Shown here: piece after piece, positions 1-9,086 of the stretch
Layout: every line of letters starts with the position of its first letter
Position numbering within the stretch: position 1 is the first letter of the stretch
Source: an uncultured Verrucomicrobiae bacterium
GTDB taxonomy: Bacteria > Chlamydiota > Chlamydiia > Chlamydiales > Rhabdochlamydiaceae
Assembly: GCA_963806855.1 (NCBI GenBank)
Contig: CAWDYW010000001.1
Location: forward strand, 1,376,001-1,440,000
Direction: 5' to 3'
DNA length: 64,000 bases
The notes under the pieces: model-generated
Seen by the model: the letters and a program-made list of their open reading frames with translations, nothing else
What the model was told of the DNA's origin: nothing
Databases searched by the model: none
Made by a program: the position numbers and the translations under genes

Positions 1-1740
1 CTGGCTATGAAGACGCAGCTGATCATTTTTTCTCTTCTCATTGCCTCTGTGGGCTCGATATTTTTTGGATCTGCCACTGCACAAGCTGCCCCCCTTCCAA
101 CTTATGAAACTTTAAGCGCCGCATCCCTCCCCTTCTGGGCCGGATTCGCCCTGTTCTTCCCCGCCATTACTGGAATCGAGGTGGGGATGGCCATGTCGGG
201 TGATCTCAAGAAGCCGAGTCGCTCTCTGATCATCGGGTCGCTCGCCGCTGTCCTCGCCACCTTTTTGCTCTACTGCACGATCACCTTGTTTTTATCTACA
301 AAGATTCCCGCAGACCTCCTTCGCTCCAGCCCCTTCATCATATACCAAATCTCCAAGTATGGAATGCTCATTCTGCTTGGGGTGTGGGGCTCATCCATCT
401 CGTGTGCTCTGGGGAGCATTTTGGGTACCCCGCGGGTGATCCAGGCCCTGGCAAAAGACAAAGTCCTCCCCTCTTTTTTAGCCAAAGGGGCAAGTCAGCC
501 GAGAATGGCGACCCTATTTGTCTTCGCTGCCACCTTGCTGCTCACCCTCTGCGCCAACATGAACCAGATCATCCCCTTTTTGACCATGGTCTGCCTGGTC
601 TCCTATGGACTCATCAATTGCGTCGCCTTTTTTGAGATCTTCTTGCAAAACCCCAGCTGGCGCCCCAATTTCAACATGCACTGGTCTGTCCCCCTCATCG
701 GAGCACTGGGCTGCCTTGTCATCATGCTGATGATCAATCCTGGCGCGACCCTGATCGTCCTAACGCTGACCACCGCCCTTTGTCTATGGACTGCAAGTCG
801 CCATTTAAGTGGCAACTGGGACGATATCCGCCACAGCATTTTCTCCTTCCTTATTTACAAGGGGATGGCCCAGCTGGCACTCCTAAAACCGAATGCCAAG
901 AGCTGGCGACCCCATCTGCTTACCCTTTTCGATCAAAATCTTCCCTCGAAAAACCTCGCCTATTTCTCCCATGCCCTCGACCAAGGAAAAGGATTTCTCA
1001 CCTTTGGCGCCTGCTTGGAAGATCCTTCCGATCAAGAGGAGCAAATCCGCAAAGCCCTGTTTGACTACCGAATCCCCTCCTACGTCCACATCAATCGATC
1101 GAAAGAGAGCTTAAAGCACCTCGAGCAATTGATCGGAAACTACGGTCTCGGCCCCCTCAAGCCCAACACCATTATCCTCCCGCTACCTAGCGAACCTTCC
1201 CGCATCGACTTTTATGGTGAGCTGGTCACCGAAATCCCCCAATACGGAAAAAACATTATCTTCTTTAAAGCGGATACCGACAGCAATGGTTTATATACTG
1301 AGAACTTTGGAGTGCCAAAACAGATTGACCTTTGGTGGAAGGGGGGCAACCAAAAGAACTTCGAGCTGTGCCTCGCCCTCTCCTACACCATGCGAGGCAG
1401 CCCAGCTTGGGCCGGAGCCGAAATCTGCATCAAATCGATCGTCCACCATGAAGAGACCCAAAAGAAACTGCATCACATCTTCGATCGATATCAGCAGAAG
1501 CTCCGGATCAAAAATTTCCGCTTTGAGTCGATCCTCGACCCCAAAGAGGCCTTTTTCGAGAATCTGCTCACCCACACGGCCGATTTCACCTTTTTAGGCC
1601 TGCGCGACCGACATCCCGAAGAGAACATAGAAGACTACAAGCGCTACTTTGCCGACCTCGTCGAAAAGACCTCTCCGCTGAAAAACTTCGCCCTGGTTCT
1701 GGCGGGCGAAGATCTCGCCTTCGACAAGATTTTCAATTAG
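1..1740 (+). CDS. Amino acid permease / cation-chloride cotransporter (CCC/SLC12-like), probably 5'-truncated by the window
   Basis: Motifs FALFFPAITGIxxGxAMSGDLKxP, PRVIQALAKD, NPSWRP and KSWRPHLL, multiple TM helices, and a C-terminal soluble domain with LKPNT. The frame is open back to base 1. Confidence 0.85.
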   Translation: MAMKTQLIIFSLLIASVGSIFFGSATAQAAPLPTYETLSAASLPFWAGFALFFPAITGIEVGMAMSGDLKKPSRSLIIGSLAAVLATFLLYCTITLFLSTKIPADLLRSSPFIIYQISKYGMLILLGVWGSSISCALGSILGTPRVIQALAKDKVLPSFLAKGASQPRMATLFVFAATLLLTLCANMNQIIPFLTMVCLVSYGLINCVAFFEIFLQNPSWRPNFNMHWSVPLIGALGCLVIMLMINPGATLIVLTLTTALCLWTASRHLSGNWDDIRHSIFSFLIYKGMAQLALLKPNAKSWRPHLLTLFDQNLPSKNLAYFSHALDQGKGFLTFGACLEDPSDQEEQIRKALFDYRIPSYVHINRSKESLKHLEQLIGNYGLGPLKPNTIILPLPSEPSRIDFYGELVTEIPQYGKNIIFFKADTDSNGLYTENFGVPKQIDLWWKGGNQKNFELCLALSYTMRGSPAWAGAEICIKSIVHHEETQKKLHHIFDRYQQKLRIKNFRFESILDPKEAFFENLLTHTADFTFLGLRDRHPEENIEDYKRYFADLVEKTSPLKNFALVLAGEDLAFDKIFN

Positions 1741-1784
1741 TGCAATTTTAAAACTCTATCAAACTCGAGTCATTCCTGTCGGAA

Positions 1785-1812
1785 TTGACATGAAATCAAA
1801 AATCTTTATACT
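1785..1812 (+). promoter_or_regulatory. Sigma70/sigma66-type promoter TTGACA-N16-TATACT (copy 1)
   Basis: TTGACA at 1785-1790 and TATACT at 1807-1812, followed by a GGAGAA RBS and ATG at 1837. Repeated at 4500 and 4853. Confidence 0.7.
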
Positions 1813-1836
1813 GTTTGATCCAAATGGAGAACCCTT

Positions 1837-2637
1837 ATGGAAATAACGCCAGCTGTATCATCTTTACCCCAAACTTTTCAATCCGTCCAGGACGACACAT
1901 TGAAATCTTCAACAACTGACAAGGTTGTCAGACTTGTTATTGCGATGGGTTTACTAACGGCGGTCGGTATAGGTATTGTATACATGAGCCCCTTGTTTCC
2001 AATCACTACCACTATCGCTGCCGTATTTCTAGGATTTGCAGCTATTGGGTTAATCAAGCAAATTGCCGAACAGCTTTTAGGCTCAAGTAGACATCGACGG
2101 CCACCAAAATTACCCATGGGCACTTTAGATATCAAAATGCCAAGTCAATCCAGTCAACCTAAAAGAAAATTCCACGAGCCCGAGGTCAAGGATTTGGACA
2201 GTAATAATGGAAAACTCGATTCAGAAACTACAAACTCTCCAACCGCTTCAGATTTAATAGATCGCAGCCCGCCGCCAATTACTAGAATTTCTCGAAATTC
2301 ACTATTAGACCCCCTGAAATCTCTGTCGTGGTATTCTCCTTTTGACAGACTGTTTCGATATGGCGCTATGCCGTCTATCGTGCCAGCGGGAATTCCTGGA
2401 AACATTCGTTCAGAAGATATGAATTCAACAGATTACAGCCCACTTCAAATTACTGACAAAATTCATTCAGAACATACGAGCGACAAATTTCCAACCCCAG
2501 ATTCAACATACACCCCGCTGCGACTGACTGACAAAAAATGGGACGATTTGAATGGAAAGCCAACGGTCACAGATAGCAACCAACCACTGCGACTTAAAGA
2601 TTTGGATGAAAAGCCAAGAATTGAAATCATTGATTAA
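1837..2637 (+). CDS. Inc-like protein (bilobed hydrophobic hairpin plus Ser/Pro-rich tail)
   Basis: Two adjacent hydrophobic helices (about aa 30-75) and a low-complexity tail with three PL(Q/R)(I/L)xD repeats. N-terminus paralogous to the 4553 and 4905 ORFs. Confidence 0.6.
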   Translation: MEITPAVSSLPQTFQSVQDDTLKSSTTDKVVRLVIAMGLLTAVGIGIVYMSPLFPITTTIAAVFLGFAAIGLIKQIAEQLLGSSRHRRPPKLPMGTLDIKMPSQSSQPKRKFHEPEVKDLDSNNGKLDSETTNSPTASDLIDRSPPPITRISRNSLLDPLKSLSWYSPFDRLFRYGAMPSIVPAGIPGNIRSEDMNSTDYSPLQITDKIHSEHTSDKFPTPDSTYTPLRLTDKKWDDLNGKPTVTDSNQPLRLKDLDEKPRIEIID

Positions 2638-2665
2638 TCGGTATAGCCTAATCATCATTAAAATT

Positions 2666-2697
2666 AGGAGAAGGCGGACCCTACATCCGCCCTTCCG
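2666..2697. terminator. Hairpin between convergent genes
   Basis: GGCGGA-ccctaca-TCCGCC stem between the converging 1837(+) and 3476(-) ORFs. Confidence 0.4.
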
Positions 2698-2711
2698 GAA
2701 CAGCTGTTACA

Positions 2712-3476
2712 CTACCCCACGAATACCCCTTCATTGAATGCTCCTCGACAGATTAACCCACCCTGACTATTGTATAGCGCTCCCTGCCCATGATAGGTAC
2801 CATTTTGTATTTGACCTTCGTACATCGATCCATCACTTGAAAACATTATTCCTTCGCAGGCTTTACCATTTAGGAATTTACCTTTGAAAATTGTCCCGTC
2901 TGCTGATACTATTACGCCATCCCCATCCTTCTTATCTGCTTTCCAGTTCCCCTTATAGATTGTCCCACTTGTAAGTATTTCAATTCCAAAACCCTCTCGC
3001 TTTTCACCCATACATTTACCATAGTATCTTCGATCTTCTTGTGTAATTATTGGAGATGGGAACCCTCTTAAATGAGCCTGCACCTCTGAGTGGAATACCT
3101 GAGAGAAGATTTCTTTTTTTGTCTTTGTTCTTGTTTCGCGGCCCCAGTTGCGCAATTCTGCTTCTGATACTCCTTCGTTTAATGGATGGGTATATGCGTA
3201 ATCTGGGGGCTGGGGGCTACGGTCTTCATGAGTCCCAGCTTGGCGTGAATACTCATATTCAATATCAGAGCATTCTTCTTCTGTTCGCTTGACTTCTTGA
3301 ACTCTACCGCTCAAATGTAGGTCCGATAGGTCCCTTTGATTCTCTTTAGAAGACTCAAAGCGTGGGCTAACAATATTTATCAGCGGTTTATCTTGGCGTC
3401 TTGCGGTAGAATCAGAAACTGAATTATTATTGTTATTATTAATATGATTTTGAAAATTATCAATTTTAAATGCCAC
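2712..3476 (-). CDS. MORN-repeat protein with disordered N-terminus
   Basis: C-terminal repeats YxGxW/F..xKxGxG (YKGNWKADKKDGDG, YEGQIQNGTYHGQG). Asn-rich disordered N-terminus. Confidence 0.8.
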   Translation of the reverse strand: MAFKIDNFQNHINNNNNNSVSDSTARRQDKPLINIVSPRFESSKENQRDLSDLHLSGRVQEVKRTEEECSDIEYEYSRQAGTHEDRSPQPPDYAYTHPLNEGVSEAELRNWGRETRTKTKKEIFSQVFHSEVQAHLRGFPSPIITQEDRRYYGKCMGEKREGFGIEILTSGTIYKGNWKADKKDGDGVIVSADGTIFKGKFLNGKACEGIMFSSDGSMYEGQIQNGTYHGQGALYNSQGGLICRGAFNEGVFVG

Positions 3477-3684
3477 TATCTTCCTTCCTTTTATTTTCTA
3501 ATTAATGAATAGTTTTGCAACAGCAGGAATAGCCGATATACAATCTATTTTTATTAATGATATTATTCATATCAACCAAACCGATTCCTTAAACTAATTA
3601 TAACTAATTATTAATAATTTGTAAAGATTATTATTTAATTTTACTAAATAAAAAATTTTATTTACCAAGGAGGATGGAGGGGAT

Positions 3685-3838
3685 ATGAGCGAAACGGAAA
3701 TAAAACGGACGTCTGTTCTTATGAGGCTGCAGTCCAAGGAGTTAAATTCAGATCCAAGCTGCTGATATTCTGGGCGTTACGCCAGCCAGAGTTGACGAGT
3801 TAGGGCCGTATTCATCTTTCGATCGCCCGCCTAAGTGA
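3685..3838 (+). pseudogene. Frameshifted HTH remnant resembling the N-terminus of an ISNCY/IS481-like transposase
   Basis: GGAGG RBS, then MSETEIKRTSVLMRLQSKELN, a 1-bp shift, and QIQAADILGVTPARV, which fits an HTH pattern (xxAAxxLGVT). Truncated. Confidence 0.4.
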
Positions 3839-3882
3839 CATGTTGCTTAGGCTGGTGAGCGAAGCACTTAAGGCCTTAATAA

Positions 3883-4437
3883 TTAAGTGGTAAAGTGGAG
3901 ATCGTGAAGGCAATAGACTAAGGTTCCATCCGTGCAGAGACACGCGCTGATCAATTCATAATCGTTTTTTTCTGGGGTTGGATGCTTGCGAATCCACCAA
4001 TCATTAACCTTCGATTTTGTGACTAAAGCAGGAAAAGCAATATATTCATCGATGACCTCGGAGATCGTATACGGAAAACCTGTTCGCCTTATGTCTTCTC
4101 CCCCACCAATGAAATAAACATAGGTATGGGTGCGGTTTAATTGGGACATAAAGCCGCAGATCTCCTTCTTTGATGTCCCGACAGCAAATTCCCTATGGGC
4201 GACCTTGACGATTTTATCGGTTGTGGGATGCATCTCCACAGCAATGACTGCGATGCTGCCGTTCATATTTAGGATGCAAAGTGGCAAGGTATCTGTAAAA
4301 CTGTCATCGGTGAAATCATATCGACATTTGCCAGCTCGATAGGCTTCAAATTCCTCAAAATGGACTTGCTGGATGTGATGTAATCTAGCAGAAGATGGAC
4401 TGGAAAAATCTCCTGAATCTGGGCTGTATCGAATCAA
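3883..4437 (-). CDS. Hypothetical protein
   Basis: 184-aa ORF with an AGAAGGAG RBS upstream. No family recognised. Confidence 0.55.
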   Translation of the reverse strand: MIRYSPDSGDFSSPSSARLHHIQQVHFEEFEAYRAGKCRYDFTDDSFTDTLPLCILNMNGSIAVIAVEMHPTTDKIVKVAHREFAVGTSKKEICGFMSQLNRTHTYVYFIGGGEDIRRTGFPYTISEVIDEYIAFPALVTKSKVNDWWIRKHPTPEKNDYELISACLCTDGTLVYCLHDLHFTT

Positions 4438-4499
4438 ATTGTCTCCTTCTAAAAATCGAGTCCAGCAACTCTATCAAACTCGAGTCATTCCTGTCGAGA

Positions 4500-4527
4500 T
4501 TGACATGAAACCAAAAATCTTTATACT
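4500..4527 (+). promoter_or_regulatory. Promoter TTGACA-N16-TATACT (copy 2)
   Basis: 4467-4527 is nearly identical to 1752-1812. Confidence 0.7.
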
Positions 4528-4552
4528 TTTTGGCTTAATAAGGAGAAGCTTT

Positions 4553-4867
4553 ATGGATTTAAAACCTGTTCTACCGCAAATTTTTCAGCCTGCTCACGTC
4601 GATACATTGAAGAGTTCCAGCAATGGAAATTCTACGGTTGATAAGATCATCGTACTTGTTGTAGCGCTCGGTATTTTAGGCTTTTATGGCTTTATGTGGC
4701 ATTTAGATATTGCACCAGCTATTGGGGCAGCATTTGCAGTATATCCAATAACCACCACAATCATCTGTCTTTTACTCTTACCCGCTGCAATTCAATCGGT
4801 ATTTGGAATCTGTGCCATTGCCCTAGCGGTCTTTGGTGAAGTGATTGACCGGTTGACATCTAATTAA
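4553..4867 (+). CDS. Small Inc-like membrane protein (paralog 2)
   Basis: AGGAGAA RBS and ATG at 4553 (MDLKPV...). Shares DTLKSS..T.DK.. with the 1837 ORF and has hydrophobic hairpins. Confidence 0.6.
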   Translation: MDLKPVLPQIFQPAHVDTLKSSSNGNSTVDKIIVLVVALGILGFYGFMWHLDIAPAIGAAFAVYPITTTIICLLLLPAAIQSVFGICAIALAVFGEVIDRLTSN

Positions 4868-4880
4868 AAATCTTTATACT
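4853..4880 (+). promoter_or_regulatory. Promoter TTGACA-N16-TATACT (copy 3)
   Basis: TTGACA at 4853-4858 and TATACT at 4875-4880, followed by AGGAGAACCCTTATG as in copy 1. Confidence 0.65.
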
Positions 4881-4904
4881 GTTTACCCTAAAAGGAGAAC
4901 CCTT

Positions 4905-5153
4905 ATGGAATTAAAACCTGTTTCAACTGCAACACCAGCCGCTCAACCAGTCGTGGTTGAGACGCCAAAAAGTTTTTCACTAATTGAGAAAGTTGCTCGA
5001 GTTGTGATTGCGATGGGGCTGTTCGCAGCTCTCGGTGCAACTCTCGTGTACTTGGCCCCCACGTTTCCAATGACAGTCACAATCATTGCTGCGGTCAGCC
5101 TTCCTTTAGTAGTATGGGGGCTCTTAGATCACATTGGCGATTTTATCCTATAA
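4905..5153 (+). CDS. Small Inc-like membrane protein (paralog 3), C-terminus altered by IS insertion
   Basis: KVARVVIAMGL...YLAPTFPMTVTIIAAV aligns with KVVRLVIAMGL...YMSPLFPITTTIAAV in the 1837 ORF. Confidence 0.65.
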   Translation: MELKPVSTATPAAQPVVVETPKSFSLIEKVARVVIAMGLFAALGATLVYLAPTFPMTVTIIAAVSLPLVVWGLLDHIGDFIL

Positions 5154-5197
5154 CGCCGTAAAACAAGGCCCTTTAGGGCCGTGATGTAAGGCGCCGT

Positions 5198-5614
5198 TTA
5201 GTCTGGGGTATTCTGTTGTTCAATATACTGTCTAATGATCGATATTGGGGCTCCACCGCAAGAGCCTGCAAAATAACTTGGCGACCATAGGGCAGTTCCC
5301 CATAGATATTTTGTAATAGATGGGTAGTTCTTCTTGCGGATCATCCTCGAAGATACCCCTTTTAATGAGTTTACAAGTTTTGAGACCGATACTTTAGGTG
5401 GATAGTTGATCAACAGATGAACATGGTCTTTTTCGCCATCAAATTCTATTAGAACAGCCTCAAAATCAGTGCAGACACTCTCGAAGGTCTCCCTCAGATC
5501 AGATAGAATTGGCTTAGTGAAGACACACCTTCTGTATTTTGTAACAAAGACCAAATGCACATGCAGAGCAAAAACACAGGATCTACCTCTTCTCAAATCT
5601 GTTGACTTTAACAT
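5198..5614 (-). CDS. tnpA: IS200/IS605 Y1 (HUH) transposase
   Basis: HLVFVTKYRR, HUH motif DHVHLL, LWSPSYF, and catalytic Tyr in IRQYIEQQ. Confidence 0.95.
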   Translation of the reverse strand: MLKSTDLRRGRSCVFALHVHLVFVTKYRRCVFTKPILSDLRETFESVCTDFEAVLIEFDGEKDHVHLLINYPPKVSVSKLVNSLKGVSSRMIRKKNYPSITKYLWGTALWSPSYFAGSCGGAPISIIRQYIEQQNTPD

Positions 5615-5637
5615 AGGCCAAATTTAAAATTTAAACC

Positions 5638-6825
5638 ATGATCTTAAAAAGGGCATTCAAATTCAAGCTAAAACCTACTGCGTTGCAATATGAAATGTTC
5701 TTACGCTTTGCCGGGGCTCGTCGTTTTGTATTTAATCGAGGACTAGATGAGCGACAAAAAGCCTATGAAGCTACTGGAAAAGGCCCTTCTTATTTCGAAC
5801 AAAACAAAGAACTAACCCGATTAAAAGAAACAGAGGAGACTTCTTGGTTGAAGGAAATCCATAGCCAGGTGCTTCAACAAGGGCTTAAGGATCTCGATAG
5901 AGCATTTCAGAACTTTTTTGTAAGAGTAAAGAAAGGGAAGAAGCCGGGGTATCCAAATTTTAAAAAGAAAGGGATGAATGAGAGCTTCCGATTCCCACAA
6001 GGAGTCAAAGTTGAAAATTCCAAGGTCTATTTACCCAAAATCGGATGGGTGAAATTTCGAAAATCGCGAGATATCCAAGGAGAGATCAAAGAGACAACCA
6101 TCCTGCAAGAGGGAACCGATTGGGTTATCTCATTCTCATGTGAATGGGAAAAGGTACTCCCAAAGAAAGCGCCTATAGATGAAGAGCGGGCGATAGGGAT
6201 CGATGTAGGGATAGAACATTTCGCTACTACGGCAGCTGGAAAGGAAAACAGAGCAGAAGAGATTGAAAATCCAAAGTTTTTGAGAAAAAAGCTATCCCAT
6301 CTTCGATATCTCTCAAGACAATTATCCAGGAAAACCCCAAAAGGAAAAAATAGACTCAAGGCCAGACTAAAAGTCTCCAAGTTACATGCCAGCATCAAGA
6401 ACCTCAGAAATGATTTTGTACAACAACTCTCAGCAAAGATGGTCAAAACCCACGACATCTTTTGCATTGAGAGCCTAGATATTTCCAGCCTACTAGAGAA
6501 GAGCCCGAAAGGACTTTCCCGAGCGATATCAGATGCGGGCTGGGGAAGTTTTTTGCACTGCCTTAATTACAAAATTGAAGAGCACGGAAAACACCTTGTA
6601 GCAGTAGACAGGTATTTTCCAAGCAGTCAAATTTGTGCGGCATGTGATAGTCGGCAAAAGATGCCCCTCTCTATCCGGGAGTATCATTGTCCAAATTGCG
6701 GAGTAAAGAATGCCCGTGATTACAACAGTGCGATAGTTCTAAAGGCCGCCGGAATGTCGGTCTTAAAAGCCTGTGGAGCTGCCCTCGTTGGAGGGAGCAT
6801 TGAAGCAGGAATCTCTCGACTTTAG
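5638..6825 (+). CDS. tnpB: RNA-guided endonuclease TnpB
   Basis: RuvC-I GIDVG, RuvC-II IESL, Zn finger CAAC..CPNC, RuvC-III RDYNSA, and N-terminal HTH_OrfB region (RFVFN). Confidence 0.95.
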   Translation: MILKRAFKFKLKPTALQYEMFLRFAGARRFVFNRGLDERQKAYEATGKGPSYFEQNKELTRLKETEETSWLKEIHSQVLQQGLKDLDRAFQNFFVRVKKGKKPGYPNFKKKGMNESFRFPQGVKVENSKVYLPKIGWVKFRKSRDIQGEIKETTILQEGTDWVISFSCEWEKVLPKKAPIDEERAIGIDVGIEHFATTAAGKENRAEEIENPKFLRKKLSHLRYLSRQLSRKTPKGKNRLKARLKVSKLHASIKNLRNDFVQQLSAKMVKTHDIFCIESLDISSLLEKSPKGLSRAISDAGWGSFLHCLNYKIEEHGKHLVAVDRYFPSSQICAACDSRQKMPLSIREYHCPNCGVKNARDYNSAIVLKAAGMSVLKACGAALVGGSIEAGISRL

Positions 6826-6853
6826 TCGGGAGAGGTTCAAGAAAGCTAGGTAA

Positions 6854-9018
6854 TTAATCACCCATCTTGGGCCATTTAATATCCACGGGGAAGCTTAAGC
6901 TTGGCAGAAGATGATTGAGCGCTTTGAGGATCTCGTCGTGATGCTTGAGGCAATGTGAATGGATCGTCTCGAGGGTGTGGATCGCCCGTTTGAACTGCGT
7001 TTGGTCGATGGAGCGCTCTCGGATGAGCAGCGCAGGACTATAGAAGATCCATAGCAGAAGCTCTTTTTCAGCGCGGCTCCACTTGGCTGGATCGGAGACC
7101 ATTCGAAGGAACCCGAAGAAGACGGCTGTCTGCTCCATTCCGGTATCGATCGCATCTTTGCAAGTAAAGCTGATCGAGTCGATGTTGAGAATTTCGATCA
7201 CTTTTAGTGTGAAGATGGTGTAGAAGATCTCGATGAAGCTTTGCCGCTCCTGGCGTGTGAGGCTGGTTTTAGCATCAAAAAACTGTTCGTGGATCATCTT
7301 GAGCGCGGGATTGATGAACTCGTCGATCTTTTCTTTTTTGAGCAGATCAGGAAGGTGGTAGCCGCACTCCTGGCCACTGAGAATTTGCGATTTGAATGCC
7401 TCCATGAAGACGGGCGCGCCAGCGTAAGATTGATATTCGTCCGCTTGGTTATAGAAGCTGGTGTTTTTAGGGAGTCCTAGGACAGGAATCGTTTCAAAAT
7501 AGGCGGCCATTTGCTTAAGTCTTCGAGGGCTTTGCAGCGGGCAAATTCTTTCCACGAAGTGCGGTCCTGAAGGTTGATGAGAAGGTGCCTATCGGGCTTT
7601 AGTTCGTCGCGCAGGTAGCGGAGAAAGCCGGTAAATTCGGGGACGATCTGCACTTCTTGAATGGTGGTCTGTTTGACCGGTGCTGGGATGCGCAACACAG
7701 TCACATGAAACTTTTTCTGGCTGAAGCTGAAGAGCTGCGAGGGGAAATTTTCGTGCATCAGCGGGTCGTACCCCTCATACTCTTCCTCTTCACGGAACAT
7801 ATCGAGGGTCCTCATCAGAGGGCCATTTGGATAGTGGCGAGTCAAGTAGCGGAGGCTTTCATCGTCGTCGTTTAGATCTGTCCAAAGCTGCAGTTTCTTT
7901 TCATCAGCTTCGGGTTTGGTGCGGGGGCCCCGGAGCTCATCGCCTCGCTTAATCATCTGGTCGATTAATTTCAGAGCCTCTTTTCTAGGCTCAATACGCA
8001 TGAAGAAGAAGGCACAGAGGGCATGGGTCAGGGTTAGCAGTGAGTGCATCTGCTGATCTTCTTCGATATCCCCTGTCAGCCACTCTTGGTAGCGGGGAGA
8101 GTTCAGCGCGGCACGTAAGAAACGGTGAAAATCGCTGAAATACTCGATGCAGCTTTTAAAGCTCTGATTTTCGATCAGGTGGACCGGGCTGGCAGCCATC
8201 CGTAGCGCCATGACCGCTTTGATGATGTTCCCTTCATAGGGGCGATCCTTATGCTGCATTCCCCCTTTGTAAAACTCATCGAGCAGCGGCGCTACCTGTC
8301 GGAAAAGCTCTCTCGCCCCTTCGAAAAGCTCGTGGTCTAGGAGCTCTCGCAATTGGAGCAGAGGGTCCTCTCCTTCGGCTTTCGAGATGAGCTCGTCGAA
8401 GTTGCCGAGCAGACGGATATGCCGGATGAGGTTCTTGCTAAAATAGGGCCTCCCTTCCTCATTTTTAATGAAGAATAGCTCGTAGCCCTGGTCTTTGCGG
8501 ACTGCCTCGAGGTCTTTAAATCCCTGCATTTCGGTCTCGACGCTGCCCAATTCTTCTTCCAAATCAAATTCCCATTCTTCCGGGATCTCTTTAGGGATAT
8601 TGCTCTGGCCAAGGATATGCTGCTTATAGTACTTGCGCAGGTCGGTGTATTCCTTGAGCTTCGAGATCGGTTTGTAGCGTTGGGGAGAAAGGGCGGCAAA
8701 CTTGTCCATCTTTTGGACCGCTTCGTGGGCCAGGAGGATGATCGCTTGGATCCCCTTCATCGTTTGGGGGTCATTGAGGATCTGACGATCTTTCCGGACG
8801 ATATTCTGGAGGTAGCGGTGCAGCACCCTAAAGGTCTCTTTGATCGCCCCTTCATTGCGAAGAGCGTGCCTTGGATCGCGCCAATTGATCTCGAGCGACA
8901 CCTCTTCCTCTTCGGAATCGAGATCGATGGGTGTTTTGAGGTCAACCTCAGACATATTGGAGAGGATGTCAACCGCCTCCATGACTGATAATTCTTCTTT
9001 ATTTCTTCCGATCGTCAT
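6854..9018 (-). CDS. Large hypothetical protein split by one frameshift (~7500), with a degenerate CX5R-phosphatase-like motif
   Basis: Overlapping ORFs 7477-9018 and 6854-7555 read as one ~720-aa protein. Motifs HLLINLQDR and SFTCKDAIDTG. Confidence 0.55.
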
Positions 9019-9086
9019 AGCTCATTATTATAATATATAGAATTAATGGACAACAATTTTCGGTCTCGGTAAATAAGAAATAAGAG

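Larger units (their letters stand above)
5147..6840. mobile_element. IS200/IS605-family element with divergent tnpA/tnpB (IS609-like)
   Basis: TTAT at 5143-5146 just outside the left end, left subterminal hairpin GGCCCTTTAGGGCC, right hairpin CTCTCGACTTTAGTCGGGAG ending in TCAA at 6840. No TIRs or TSD. Confidence 0.9.

Noticed and set aside
4439..4552. N-terminal extension of ORF 4439-4867
   Set aside because: It spans the duplicated promoter. RBS and paralogy support ATG 4553.
5638..6825. TnpB as a Cas12f/CRISPR effector
   Set aside because: No array nearby. It is paired with tnpA and has IS200/IS605 ends.
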